Counted from the stretch's first letter, positions 1 through 7,528 are shown. The stretch is 64,000 nucleotides of DNA from an uncultured delta proteobacterium (GCA_963727445.1 CAVSGI010000027.1:288001-352000); one strand, 5' to 3'. The notes: generated by a model not told the origin, from the sequence alone. Numbers and translations are program-made.

Positions 1-2
1 AG

Positions 3-1139
3 GTCGGCGAGAAGTCGACCGGGACTTTCCAGGTCGGCGCGGGCTTCTCGTCGATCGAGAGCTTCATCTTCACCGCGCAGGTCCAGCAGCAGAACCTCTT
101 CGGCCGCGGCCAGAGCCTGAGCCTGCAGCTCCAGCTCTCCGGCATCCGGCAGCTGGCGCAGGTTCAGTTCACCGAGCCTTACCTCTTCGGCACGAAGTGG
201 AGCGGCAGCGTCAGCGTCTTCAAGACCATCCGCCAGTTCGTCGACTTCAACCGCGACTCCACCGGCGGCAGCCTCTCCATCGGCCACCCGATCATCGGCA
301 ACAACCTGCGCTTCTACCTCCGGTACCGAGCGGAGTACGTCAACATCTCCACGCGCACCGGCGGTCTCTTCGGCGCCAGCGGCGGCGGCCAGGGCTTCAA
401 CATCTTCCAGCGCGTCCCGCTACAGAACCTCTTCCTCTCGGGCTTGACGAGCTCGGTGCAGGCGTCCGTCACCTTCGACACACGGGACAACCGCCTCTTC
501 GCCACCAACGGCATCTACGCGAGCTACTCGCTCGAGGTCGCGGACCGGTTCTTCGGCTCGGACAACGTGTTCATGAGGCACAACGCCTTCGCGCGCTTCT
601 ACAAGCAGTTCTTCAACTTCGTCACCCTGAAGCTCAACACGAACTGGGGCCTCATCACCTCGCGCCTGGCCAAGGGCGTGCCCGTCTACGAGCGCTATTA
701 TCTCGGCGGCATCTTCTCCGTCCGCGGCTTCAACCTGAACAGCCTCGGCCCGCGCCTGGGCATACCGAGAAGCTACGACCCGAATGCGCAACCGCCCTCC
801 GACGGCATCGTCATCGGCGGCAACATGCAGTTCTATTACAACCTCGAGCTCGAGTTCAACATCATCGAGGCGGTGGGCATCCGCGGCGTGATCTTCACGG
901 ACGGCGGCAACGCCTGGAACACGGAGCAGGCGTACTGCAACGCCCCACCCTCGCCTCTCGGCGACTCGACCACGACGCCCTGCGGCATCAATCCGTTCAA
1001 CCTACGCACCAGCTGGGGCTTCGGTATCCGCTGGATCTCGCCGCTGGGCCCGCTGCGCTTCGAGTGGGGTATTCCGTTCATTCGGCGACCGAACGAACAG
1101 GACATCAACTTCCAGTTCACCATCGGCAACTTCTTTTAG
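3..1139 (+). CDS. bamA: Outer membrane protein assembly factor BamA, C-terminal beta-barrel (5' truncated by window edge)
   Basis: Frame is open from position 3 (VGEKSTGTFQVGAGFSS), contains the VRGF motif and ends RTSWGFGIRWISPLGPLRFEWG...FQFTIGNFF; skp and fabZ lie downstream. Confidence 0.96.
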   Translation, partial: VGEKSTGTFQVGAGFSSIESFIFTAQVQQQNLFGRGQSLSLQLQLSGIRQLAQVQFTEPYLFGTKWSGSVSVFKTIRQFVDFNRDSTGGSLSIGHPIIGNNLRFYLRYRAEYVNISTRTGGLFGASGGGQGFNIFQRVPLQNLFLSGLTSSVQASVTFDTRDNRLFATNGIYASYSLEVADRFFGSDNVFMRHNAFARFYKQFFNFVTLKLNTNWGLITSRLAKGVPVYERYYLGGIFSVRGFNLNSLGPRLGIPRSYDPNAQPPSDGIVIGGNMQFYYNLELEFNIIEAVGIRGVIFTDGGNAWNTEQAYCNAPPSPLGDSTTTPCGINPFNLRTSWGFGIRWISPLGPLRFEWGIPFIRRPNEQDINFQFTIGNFF

Positions 1140-1156
1140 CGCAGGCGGGAGCGGGC

Positions 1157-1260
1157 ACGTGGCTGTAGCCGTGCATGGCCGGAGCGGACGGCAGTCCGCG
1201 CAGCTGCACGGGTACAGGCTCGTCGACGCATCGGGCGCAGCCCGATGCTAGTCGACGGGA
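1157..1260 (+). repeat. Structured 104 bp element, copy A
   Basis: ACGTGGCTGTAGCCGTGCA...GCATCGGGCGCAGCCCGATGCTAGTCGACGGGA; near-identical copies at 1303-1405 and 3176-3278. Confidence 0.95.
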
Positions 1261-1302
1261 GCGGGAACGGGCACGGGAGCGGGAGCGAGAACGGGAACGG
1301 GC

Positions 1303-1405
1303 ACGTGGCTGTAGCCGTGCATGGCGGAGCGGACGGCAGTCCGCGGAGCTGCACGGGTACAGGCTCGTCGACGCATCGGGCGCAGCCCGATGCTAGTCAA
1401 CGGGA
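1303..1405 (+). repeat. Structured 103 bp element, copy B
   Basis: Direct repeat of copy A with 1 indel and 2 substitutions. Confidence 0.95.
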
Positions 1406-1460
1406 GGGGGAACGGGCACGGGAGCGGGAACGGGAGGGGGAACGGGAACGGAGCGTGAAC

Positions 1461-1526
1461 GGGAGCGGGAGCGGGAGCGGGAGCGGGAGCGGGAGCGGGA
1501 GCGGGAGCGGGAGCGGGAGCGGGAGC
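1461..1526 (+). repeat. (GGGAGC)11 microsatellite within a longer degenerate GGGA(A/G)C tract (about 1401-1540)
   Basis: 11 perfect hexamer copies read directly from the sequence. Confidence 0.95.
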
Positions 1527-1563
1527 GGGCACGGGAGTGTGCGGCTCGGTGGGTCGTCTGATC

Positions 1564-1632
1564 GTGTTTCTTGGTCATCGCTGAGACCCCTTCTGGGTTG
1601 GGAAAGGGGTCTCAGCGATGACCAAGAAACAC
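1564..1632 (+). promoter_or_regulatory. 29 bp perfect inverted repeat covering the RBS region and start codon of four-helix-bundle gene 1
   Basis: GTGTTTCTTGGTCATCGCTGAGACCCCTT (1564-1592) and AAGGGGTCTCAGCGATGACCAAGAAACAC (1604-1632), 11 nt loop; ATG 1618 lies in the right arm. The repeat is seen directly; a regulatory role is inferred. Confidence 0.75.
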
Positions 1633-1959
1633 TCTGATTCGATGATTCATCACGACTTGCGCGTCTGGCAGCGGGCGCGAGCCCTCGTGCAGCTCGTGTA
1701 TGCGAACCTGCCGGCCGATGCGGAGCTTCGGTCGCAGGTGAAGCGGGCTTCGACTTCGGTCGGGGCGAACATCGCCGAGGGTTGCACGCAGAGCTCGCGG
1801 GCGATGCGGCGCAAGCACTACGAGATCGCCCGCGGTTCGGCCGTGGAGACCGTGGCGTGCTTCGAGTTGGCGGAGGCGACGGGGGATCGGCTACCGGTCG
1901 AGGAAGTCCGCAGCCACGGCGCGGCGATCGCCGCGATGCTCACCAGGATGCTGCGGTGA
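1618..1959 (+). CDS. Four helix bundle protein (23S rRNA IVP / Avd-like family)
   Basis: 113 aa with family motifs LRVWQRA, LRSQVKRASTSVGANIAEG, IARGSAVET. Confidence 0.9.
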   Translation: MTKKHSDSMIHHDLRVWQRARALVQLVYANLPADAELRSQVKRASTSVGANIAEGCTQSSRAMRRKHYEIARGSAVETVACFELAEATGDRLPVEEVRSHGAAIAAMLTRMLR

Positions 1960-1967
1960 AGCACTCT

Positions 1968-1995
1968 GAGCCCGGAGGGGTTTCCCTCCGGGCTC
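1968..1995. terminator. Hairpin between the two convergent four-helix-bundle genes (possible bidirectional terminator)
   Basis: GAGCCCGGAGGG-GTTT-CCCTCCGGGCTC, 12 bp stem, in the 43 nt gap between stop codons; no U tract. Confidence 0.6.
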
Positions 1996-2002
1996 GGGTG
2001 GC

Positions 2003-2329
2003 TCAGCGATGGATCATGCGAAAGAGGGTGGCGGCGGCATGATCGAAATGGTCCTCGGCGGCGCTGCACTCCGCCGCGCTCAGATACCCCCAGGCCACGG
2101 CGATGCGCAGCGCCTGTCTGGCTTCTCTCGCTGAGTTCATCGCGACCGAGAGCCGCTCGGGCCGATGCCCTTTTCGCCCCCACTCGCCCTCGGCCGCGTT
2201 GAGCGCCGCCGAGCTGGCGGCGCGCCGCAGCTGCGACGCGAGGTCGCGGTCTTCGTGTTGGATCCTTTCGGCCAGTGGCCGGGTGGCCCCGATGGCTTCG
2301 AGGAGGATGTCGTGTACCAGCTTGCTCAT
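2003..2329 (-). CDS. Four helix bundle protein (23S rRNA IVP / Avd-like family), second divergent paralog
   Basis: 108 aa with DRDLASQLRRAASSAALNAAEG, AMNSAREARQALRIAVAWGYL; AAGGAG RBS 9 nt upstream. Confidence 0.88.
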   Translation of the reverse strand: MSKLVHDILLEAIGATRPLAERIQHEDRDLASQLRRAASSAALNAAEGEWGRKGHRPERLSVAMNSAREARQALRIAVAWGYLSAAECSAAEDHFDHAAATLFRMIHR

Positions 2330-2334
2330 GAGGG

Positions 2335-2405
2335 GTTGCTCCTTCCGCCCACGTCAGGGGCTTCGCCCCGCCCGAAGGGCCCCTGACGTGGGCGGAAGGA
2401 GCAAC
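2335..2405 (-). promoter_or_regulatory. 27 bp perfect inverted repeat covering the RBS of four-helix-bundle gene 2
   Basis: GTTGCTCCTTCCGCCCACGTCAGGGGC (2335-2361) and GCCCCTGACGTGGGCGGAAGGAGCAAC (2379-2405); the minus-strand AAGGAG (2344-2339) is inside the stem. Regulatory role is inferred. Confidence 0.75.
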
Positions 2406-3013
2406 GCCGGGCGTTGGCCGCAACCTCGCGACTTGCGACCGCATGGCGGTCACAACGCCGGGCGTTGGCCGCAACCTCGCGACTTGCGACCGCATGGCGG
2501 TCACAACGCCGGGCGTTGGCCGCAACCTCGCGACTTGCGACCGCATGGCGGTCACAACGGCGGCCGTTGGCCGCAACGTCGCGACTTGCGACCGCATGGC
2601 GGTCACGATGGCGCGCGTTGGCCGCAACGTCGGGACTTGCGACCGCATGGCGGTCACAACTGCGGGCGTTGAGCGCAACGTCGCGACTTGCGACCGCATG
2701 GCGGTCACAACGGCGCGCGTTGAGCGCAACGTCGCGACTTGCGACCGCATGGCGGTCACAACTGCGGGCGTTGAGCGCAACGTCGCGACTTGCGACCGCA
2801 TGGCGGTCACAACTGCGGGCGTTGAGCGCAACGTCGCGACTTGCGACCGCATGGCGGTCACAACGGCGCGCGTTGGCCGCAACCTCGCGACTTGCGACCG
2901 CATGGCGGTCACAACGGCGGCCGTTGGCCGCAACGTCGCGACTTGCGACCGCATGGCGGTCACAACGGCGCGCGTTGGCCGCAACGTCGCGACTTGCGAC
3001 CGCATGGCGGTCA
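2402..3013. repeat. Tandem array of 12 x 51 bp palindrome-rich units
   Basis: Consensus CAAC(g/t)(c/g)CG(g/c)(g/c)CGTTG(gc/ag)CGCAAC(c/g)TCGCGACTTGCGACCGCATGGCGGTCA; units start at 2402, 2453, 2504 ... 2963; the last 23 nt are identical in all units. Confidence 0.97.
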
Positions 3014-3104
3014 ACTAACTCCGATGGGAATGATTTTGCTCCCGTTCCCAGTCCCCACTCACCCACCCAGTCCCAGACCCAAGCGCAGCTTGGGGTCGAG
3101 ACGA

Positions 3105-3420
3105 CGGGAACGCGAACGGGAGCGAGAACGGGAGCGAGAACGGGAACGAGAACGGGAACGGGAACGGGAACGGGAACGTGGCTGTAGCCGTGCATGGCGG
3201 AGCGGACGGCAGTCCGCGGAGCTGCACGGGTACAGGCTCGTCGACGCATCGGGCCGAGCCCGATGCTAGTCAACGGGAACGGGAACGGGAACGGGAACGG
3301 GAGCGGGAACGGGAACGGGAACGGGAACGGGAACGTGGCTGACCGGGCACGGCGGACGGGAACGGGACCGGGAACGGGAACGGGAACGGCGTCAACGGGA
3401 ATGAGAACGGAAACGGGGAC
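3105..3420 (+). repeat. Degenerate (GGGAAC/GGGAGC/GAGAAC)n microsatellite tracts on both sides of element copy C
   Basis: Hexamer periodicity visible at about 3105-3177 and 3274-3420. Confidence 0.9.
3176..3278 (+). repeat. Structured 103 bp element, copy C
   Basis: Identical to copy B except the second hairpin loop (GCA to CGA). Confidence 0.95.
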
Positions 3421-3449
3421 GGGCGCTGGCGTTCTTGGCGCTTTCCACT

Positions 3450-4976
3450 ATGTTCGGCGCCGTGTCGGAGCTGCTTTCCATGTCCGCGGGGGAGATCGCG
3501 GACGCCATTCGGGCTGGGGATGTCTCGCCGCTCGAGGCGGTCCGGACGCACATCGAGCGCATCGAAGAGGTCAATCCGCGCATCAACGCCGTCGTGGCTC
3601 ATCGCTTCGAGGACGCCCTCGCGGATGCGCGACAGGCGACCGAGCGGCTCGTGCACGCCGATCCCGAACGCCTCGGCGCCTTCTACGGGGTGCCCTTCAC
3701 CGCGAAGGAGCTGGTCGCCGTCGAGGGGCTGCCCAACACCGCGGGCTGCGCCAAGCGACGCGACATCATCGCCGACACCGACGCGCCCCTCGTTCGCCAC
3801 ATGAAGGACGCTGGCGCCATCTGCGTCGGCGTCACCAACGTCTCCGAGGCCGGGCTCTGGCTCGAGACCCACAACACGCTCTACGGGCGCACCAACAACG
3901 CCTACTCCCCCGATCACATCCCCGGCGGCTCGAGCGGCGGCGAGGGCGCGATCATCGGCGCCGGCGGTAGCCCCATCGGCATCGGCGCCGACAGCGGCGG
4001 CTCGATCCGCAACCCCAGCTTCTTCAACGGCATCTGCGGGCACAAGCCGAGCGGCGGTCTGCTCGCCGCCCGCGGCCACTACCCTCCCGCCGACGGCGAG
4101 CGTGGACGCTACTGCGTCAGCGGCCCGATGGCGCGACGCGTGGGCGATCTGATCCGCGCCATGGAGGTGCTCTCCCCCGACGACGATCCGGATCGCGACG
4201 CGGGCCGCGGGCGCTTCCGCCGCATGGGCGCGCTGTCACCCCGCGACGTCACCATCTACTACTACACCTACGACGGGCTCACCCCGGTCGATCCCGAGCT
4301 CGAAGCGGGCGTCGAGTCCACCGTGCGCGCGCTCCGCGAGCGCGGCTTCCGCGTAGAGCCCTGGCGCCCCAGCGCCACCAACCTCGCGCCGCTCCTCTGG
4401 GTCGGCAACCTCGCCGACTCCGCACCGGAGACGCTCTCCGAGATCATCAACGACGGTCGCAAGCGCTCACTCCTGCGCGAGTGGGCGAAGCTCCCCTTCG
4501 GTCGCAGCGTCCACCCGTTCTACTCCCTGCTCGTCGCCTCCTTCGAGCAGCCGGTCTCACCGCCTTGGATGCGGCGCTGGGTCCGGACCCGGCGGGATGC
4601 GCTCCGCGCCGAGATCGAAGCGAAGCTCGGCGAGCGCGGCGTCTTGATGTGCCTGCCCTACCCTCGTCCGGCGCCTCGGCACAACGTCCCGCTCCGCCTC
4701 CCCTTCGCCTTCGCCTACTGCGGCCTCTACAACGTGCTCGAGATGCCGGCCACCGCGGTGCCCATCGGCTTCACCGAGGCCGGACTGCCGATGGGGGTAC
4801 AGATCGTCGGACGTCGATTCGCCGATCCACTGACTCTCCACGTGGCGGGGGAGATCGAGCAGATCTCGGGGGGTTGGCGATTTGTCGACATGACGCAGCA
4901 TCCGCCGTCCGTTGAATCCGCGCCCGCATTCCCCCGTCCCAAGAGCCGGCTTGACCGCCGAACCCTGAGCAGGTAA
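3450..4976 (+). CDS. Amidase signature family enzyme (fatty-acid amide hydrolase-like)
   Basis: GVPFTAKE, GRTNN, PGGSSGGEGA, GIGADSGGSIRNPS motifs; start codon uncertain (3435-3480). Confidence 0.92.
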   Translation: MFGAVSELLSMSAGEIADAIRAGDVSPLEAVRTHIERIEEVNPRINAVVAHRFEDALADARQATERLVHADPERLGAFYGVPFTAKELVAVEGLPNTAGCAKRRDIIADTDAPLVRHMKDAGAICVGVTNVSEAGLWLETHNTLYGRTNNAYSPDHIPGGSSGGEGAIIGAGGSPIGIGADSGGSIRNPSFFNGICGHKPSGGLLAARGHYPPADGERGRYCVSGPMARRVGDLIRAMEVLSPDDDPDRDAGRGRFRRMGALSPRDVTIYYYTYDGLTPVDPELEAGVESTVRALRERGFRVEPWRPSATNLAPLLWVGNLADSAPETLSEIINDGRKRSLLREWAKLPFGRSVHPFYSLLVASFEQPVSPPWMRRWVRTRRDALRAEIEAKLGERGVLMCLPYPRPAPRHNVPLRLPFAFAYCGLYNVLEMPATAVPIGFTEAGLPMGVQIVGRRFADPLTLHVAGEIEQISGGWRFVDMTQHPPSVESAPAFPRPKSRLDRRTLSR

Positions 4977-4982
4977 TGCCCC

Positions 4983-5000
4983 CGGGCCTTCGAAGGCCCG
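4983..5000 (+). terminator. Perfect 18 bp palindrome just after the amidase stop
   Basis: CGGGCCTTCGAAGGCCCG; no clear U tract. Confidence 0.35.
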
Positions 5001-5042
5001 AATTGTCGGGTGGTTATCGCCATCTCGGCCCCACGAATAGAC

Positions 5043-5594
5043 ATGCTTCATCGCCACGCCGTCACCCTGATCGCCGCGCTCCTTCTCGCCAGCATCTCCC
5101 CCCGGGTCTTCGCGCAGGTGCGCATCGCCGTGGTGGACATGCAGCGCGCCCTCAACGAGACCGAGGACGGTCGTCGCGCCAAGGCGCGGCTCAAGCGCCT
5201 CTTCAAGCGCCGCCAGCAGGCCCTCGACCAGCGCCAGAGCGAGCTCAAGAAGATGAAAGAGGACATCGAGCGCCAGCGCGACGTCCTGAGCAAGAGCGCC
5301 CTGTCGTCGAAGCTCGAGGAGTATCAGAAGGCCTTCGTCGAGCTGCAGACCACCTACGTCGAGTACCAGCGGGAGCTCGCCCAGAAGGAGGCCAAGCTCA
5401 CCAAGGGCATCCTCGAACGCATGGCCGGCATCCTCCAACGGATGGGCCAACGCGACGGCTACACGATGATAGTCGAAAGAAACGAGGGCGGTGTCATGTG
5501 GGTACCGTCCAATCTCGACGTCACCGACGAGCTGATCCAACGCTACAACAAGGGCGAGGGACGCTCCGGCGGGGGCGGATCGAAACGCAGATAG
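5043..5594 (+). CDS. skp: OmpH/Skp periplasmic chaperone
   Basis: Signal peptide, RIAVVDMQRAL, long coiled coil, LDVTDELIQRYN; bamA/fabZ context. Confidence 0.92.
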   Translation: MLHRHAVTLIAALLLASISPRVFAQVRIAVVDMQRALNETEDGRRAKARLKRLFKRRQQALDQRQSELKKMKEDIERQRDVLSKSALSSKLEEYQKAFVELQTTYVEYQRELAQKEAKLTKGILERMAGILQRMGQRDGYTMIVERNEGGVMWVPSNLDVTDELIQRYNKGEGRSGGGGSKRR

Positions 5595-5619
5595 CCTGAG
5601 GCAGCTGAGGGGAGCGCGC

Positions 5620-6063
5620 GTGGACTTCGACATCCCGAGGATCCTCTCGATCCTTCCGCATCGGGCGCCGTTCGTGATGATCGACCGCGTCACGGATCTC
5701 GAGCCGCGCAAACGCGCGACCGCGATCAAGTGCGTCACCTATAACGAGCCCTTCTTTCCCGGTCACTTCCCGGGTCATCCGGTGTTTCCGGGCGTGATGA
5801 TCCTCGAAGCGATGGCGCAGCTCTCTGGCGTCCTCGCCTACGCGTCGGAGCCCTTCGACGCGAGCCAGAAGGTTCTGTACTTCCTGGGTATCGACAAAGC
5901 GAAGTTCCGCAAGCCGGTGCTCCCTGGCGACCGCATGGAGATCGAAGTCCGCGTCCTCCAGCACCGCGCCAACATCTGGAAGACCGCAGCGGAAGCCTGC
6001 GTCGGCGACGTCGTCGTCGCGCAGGCGGAGCTCCTCGCCGCCATCACGGACCGGGACGCCTGA
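5620..6063 (+). CDS. fabZ: 3-hydroxyacyl-ACP dehydratase FabZ
   Basis: LPHRAPFVMIDRV, NEPFFPGHFPGHPVFPGVMILEAMAQ, KFRKPVLPGD. Confidence 0.96.
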   Translation: MDFDIPRILSILPHRAPFVMIDRVTDLEPRKRATAIKCVTYNEPFFPGHFPGHPVFPGVMILEAMAQLSGVLAYASEPFDASQKVLYFLGIDKAKFRKPVLPGDRMEIEVRVLQHRANIWKTAAEACVGDVVVAQAELLAAITDRDA

Positions 6064-6064
6064 G

Positions 6065-7528
6065 ATGAACCCGCGACGGCCGACCCTCCGGCTCCGGCGT
6101 CGCAAGGCCCTGTCGTCGCGACAGCGGCTCTGTATCCTCGTCTGCATCTCGGCGCTCTCCTCCGCCACGGCCGCCGTCGCTCAAGAGCAGGCGAGCGAAG
6201 GAACGCATCGGTCCCAGGAGGAGGAGCGCCGCCCGGTGATGGACCTCGCGGCCCTCACCTATGCGGCCCGTGAGAACTATCCGCGCCTGAGAGCCGCGCG
6301 CCACAAGGTCGTCGCGGCCGAGGCACAGCTGGACGAGGCGCTGGTCTCGCCCTTCTTCCAGTTCTCGGGCACCGCGGCGATCAGCATCGCGCCCGAGGCG
6401 CGAGGCACGCCCATCTTCAGCCCGGACTCCCAGTTCCCGCTCAACAACCCGTGGCGTCCGATCGTCATCGTCGGCGCCAGCGGCGCGCTTCCCATCTACA
6501 CCTTCGGCAAGATCGACGCGCTGCACGACGCGGCGCGCGCCGGCGTCCGCGCGGCGAGCCGGGAGCGACAGGTCCACCTCGATCGTCTCGAGTTCGACGT
6601 GCGGCGCGCCTATTACGGGCTTCAGCTCTCCCTCGACCTGCAGCAGATGATCTCCGAAGGCGCAGGCAAGATGCGCGAAGCGGAGGAGCAACTCATCGAG
6701 ATGCTCGACGCGGGCGACGACAACGTGCAGGAGACCGATCGCTATCGGCTCGCGACCGCACGCGCCGAGATGGAGGCGCGCCGCTCCGAAGCCATGATGC
6801 TCGAGCGCACCACCCGTCATGCGCTCACCACGCTCACGGGCATCGACCAGTTCGACGTCCCCGAGTGTCCACTCGAGCCCCTCGAGATCGATCCGCGCCC
6901 GCTGCGCGAGTACCAGAGCGCCGCCGAAGGCTCACGACCGGAGCTCGAGATGCTCGAAGCGGGGATCGACGCCCGCGAGGCCAACCTCGAGGCGACCCGG
7001 GCTCGCTACTACCCCGATCTCGCGATCACCGTGGCGGCCAGCTACAGCTACGGCCCGGGCATCTCCAACCAGTCCAACCCCTTCATCATCGACCAGGCGA
7101 ACTTCGCCTCGGTCGGCGCCGGGCTGGTGGCGCGCTGGTCCTTCGACGTGTGGGGGAACTACCACCGCGTCCGGCGCGCGGAGGCCCAGCTCTCGGAGCT
7201 GGTTTCCCTCGCGGACGAGGCGCGGCGTGGGGTGTCCCTCGAGGTGGCCAACGCCTGGGAAGGGCTCGCCGACGCTCAGAGGCGCGAGGAGGCCTGGCGC
7301 GAGGGACACCTGAACGCCCGGCGCTGGTTCATCTCGGCTGGGAGCGCCTACTCGGTCGGCGCGGTCGAGCCACGGGACCTGATCGACGCCGCGGGTGCCT
7401 ATTTCCGGGCCCGAACCGAGCATCTCAAGGCAATCAACGACGTGAACGCGGCGATCGCCGACCTTCAGCGCACCACCGGCACCCAAATTCTGCCCGCCGG
7501 TGGCTGGGAGGTCCGATGCGAGGAATAA
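6065..7528 (+). CDS. TolC family outer membrane protein
   Basis: Two OEP-like repeats (AARENYPRLRAA, DVRRAYYGLQL, RPELEMLEA, ARYYPDLAI). Confidence 0.8.
   Translation: MNPRRPTLRLRRRKALSSRQRLCILVCISALSSATAAVAQEQASEGTHRSQEEERRPVMDLAALTYAARENYPRLRAARHKVVAAEAQLDEALVSPFFQFSGTAAISIAPEARGTPIFSPDSQFPLNNPWRPIVIVGASGALPIYTFGKIDALHDAARAGVRAASRERQVHLDRLEFDVRRAYYGLQLSLDLQQMISEGAGKMREAEEQLIEMLDAGDDNVQETDRYRLATARAEMEARRSEAMMLERTTRHALTTLTGIDQFDVPECPLEPLEIDPRPLREYQSAAEGSRPELEMLEAGIDAREANLEATRARYYPDLAITVAASYSYGPGISNQSNPFIIDQANFASVGAGLVARWSFDVWGNYHRVRRAEAQLSELVSLADEARRGVSLEVANAWEGLADAQRREEAWREGHLNARRWFISAGSAYSVGAVEPRDLIDAAGAYFRARTEHLKAINDVNAAIADLQRTTGTQILPAGGWEVRCEE

Noticed and set aside
2402..3013. CRISPR array
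   Set aside because: The segments between invariant blocks are near-identical rather than unique spacers, and no cas genes are in the window
1618..3013. Diversity-generating retroelement (because of Avd-like genes)
   Set aside because: No reverse transcriptase in the window, no TR/VR pair found, and array variation is mostly G/C exchange rather than adenine-specific
1818..3273. Long ORFs across the array (398, 315, 257, 191 aa) as real proteins
   Set aside because: They are open in several frames at once because the unit is 51 bp and GC-rich; no recognisable domain or clear RBS
1140..3430. 23S rRNA intervening sequence
   Set aside because: The flanks are bamA and an amidase; no rRNA sequence is present
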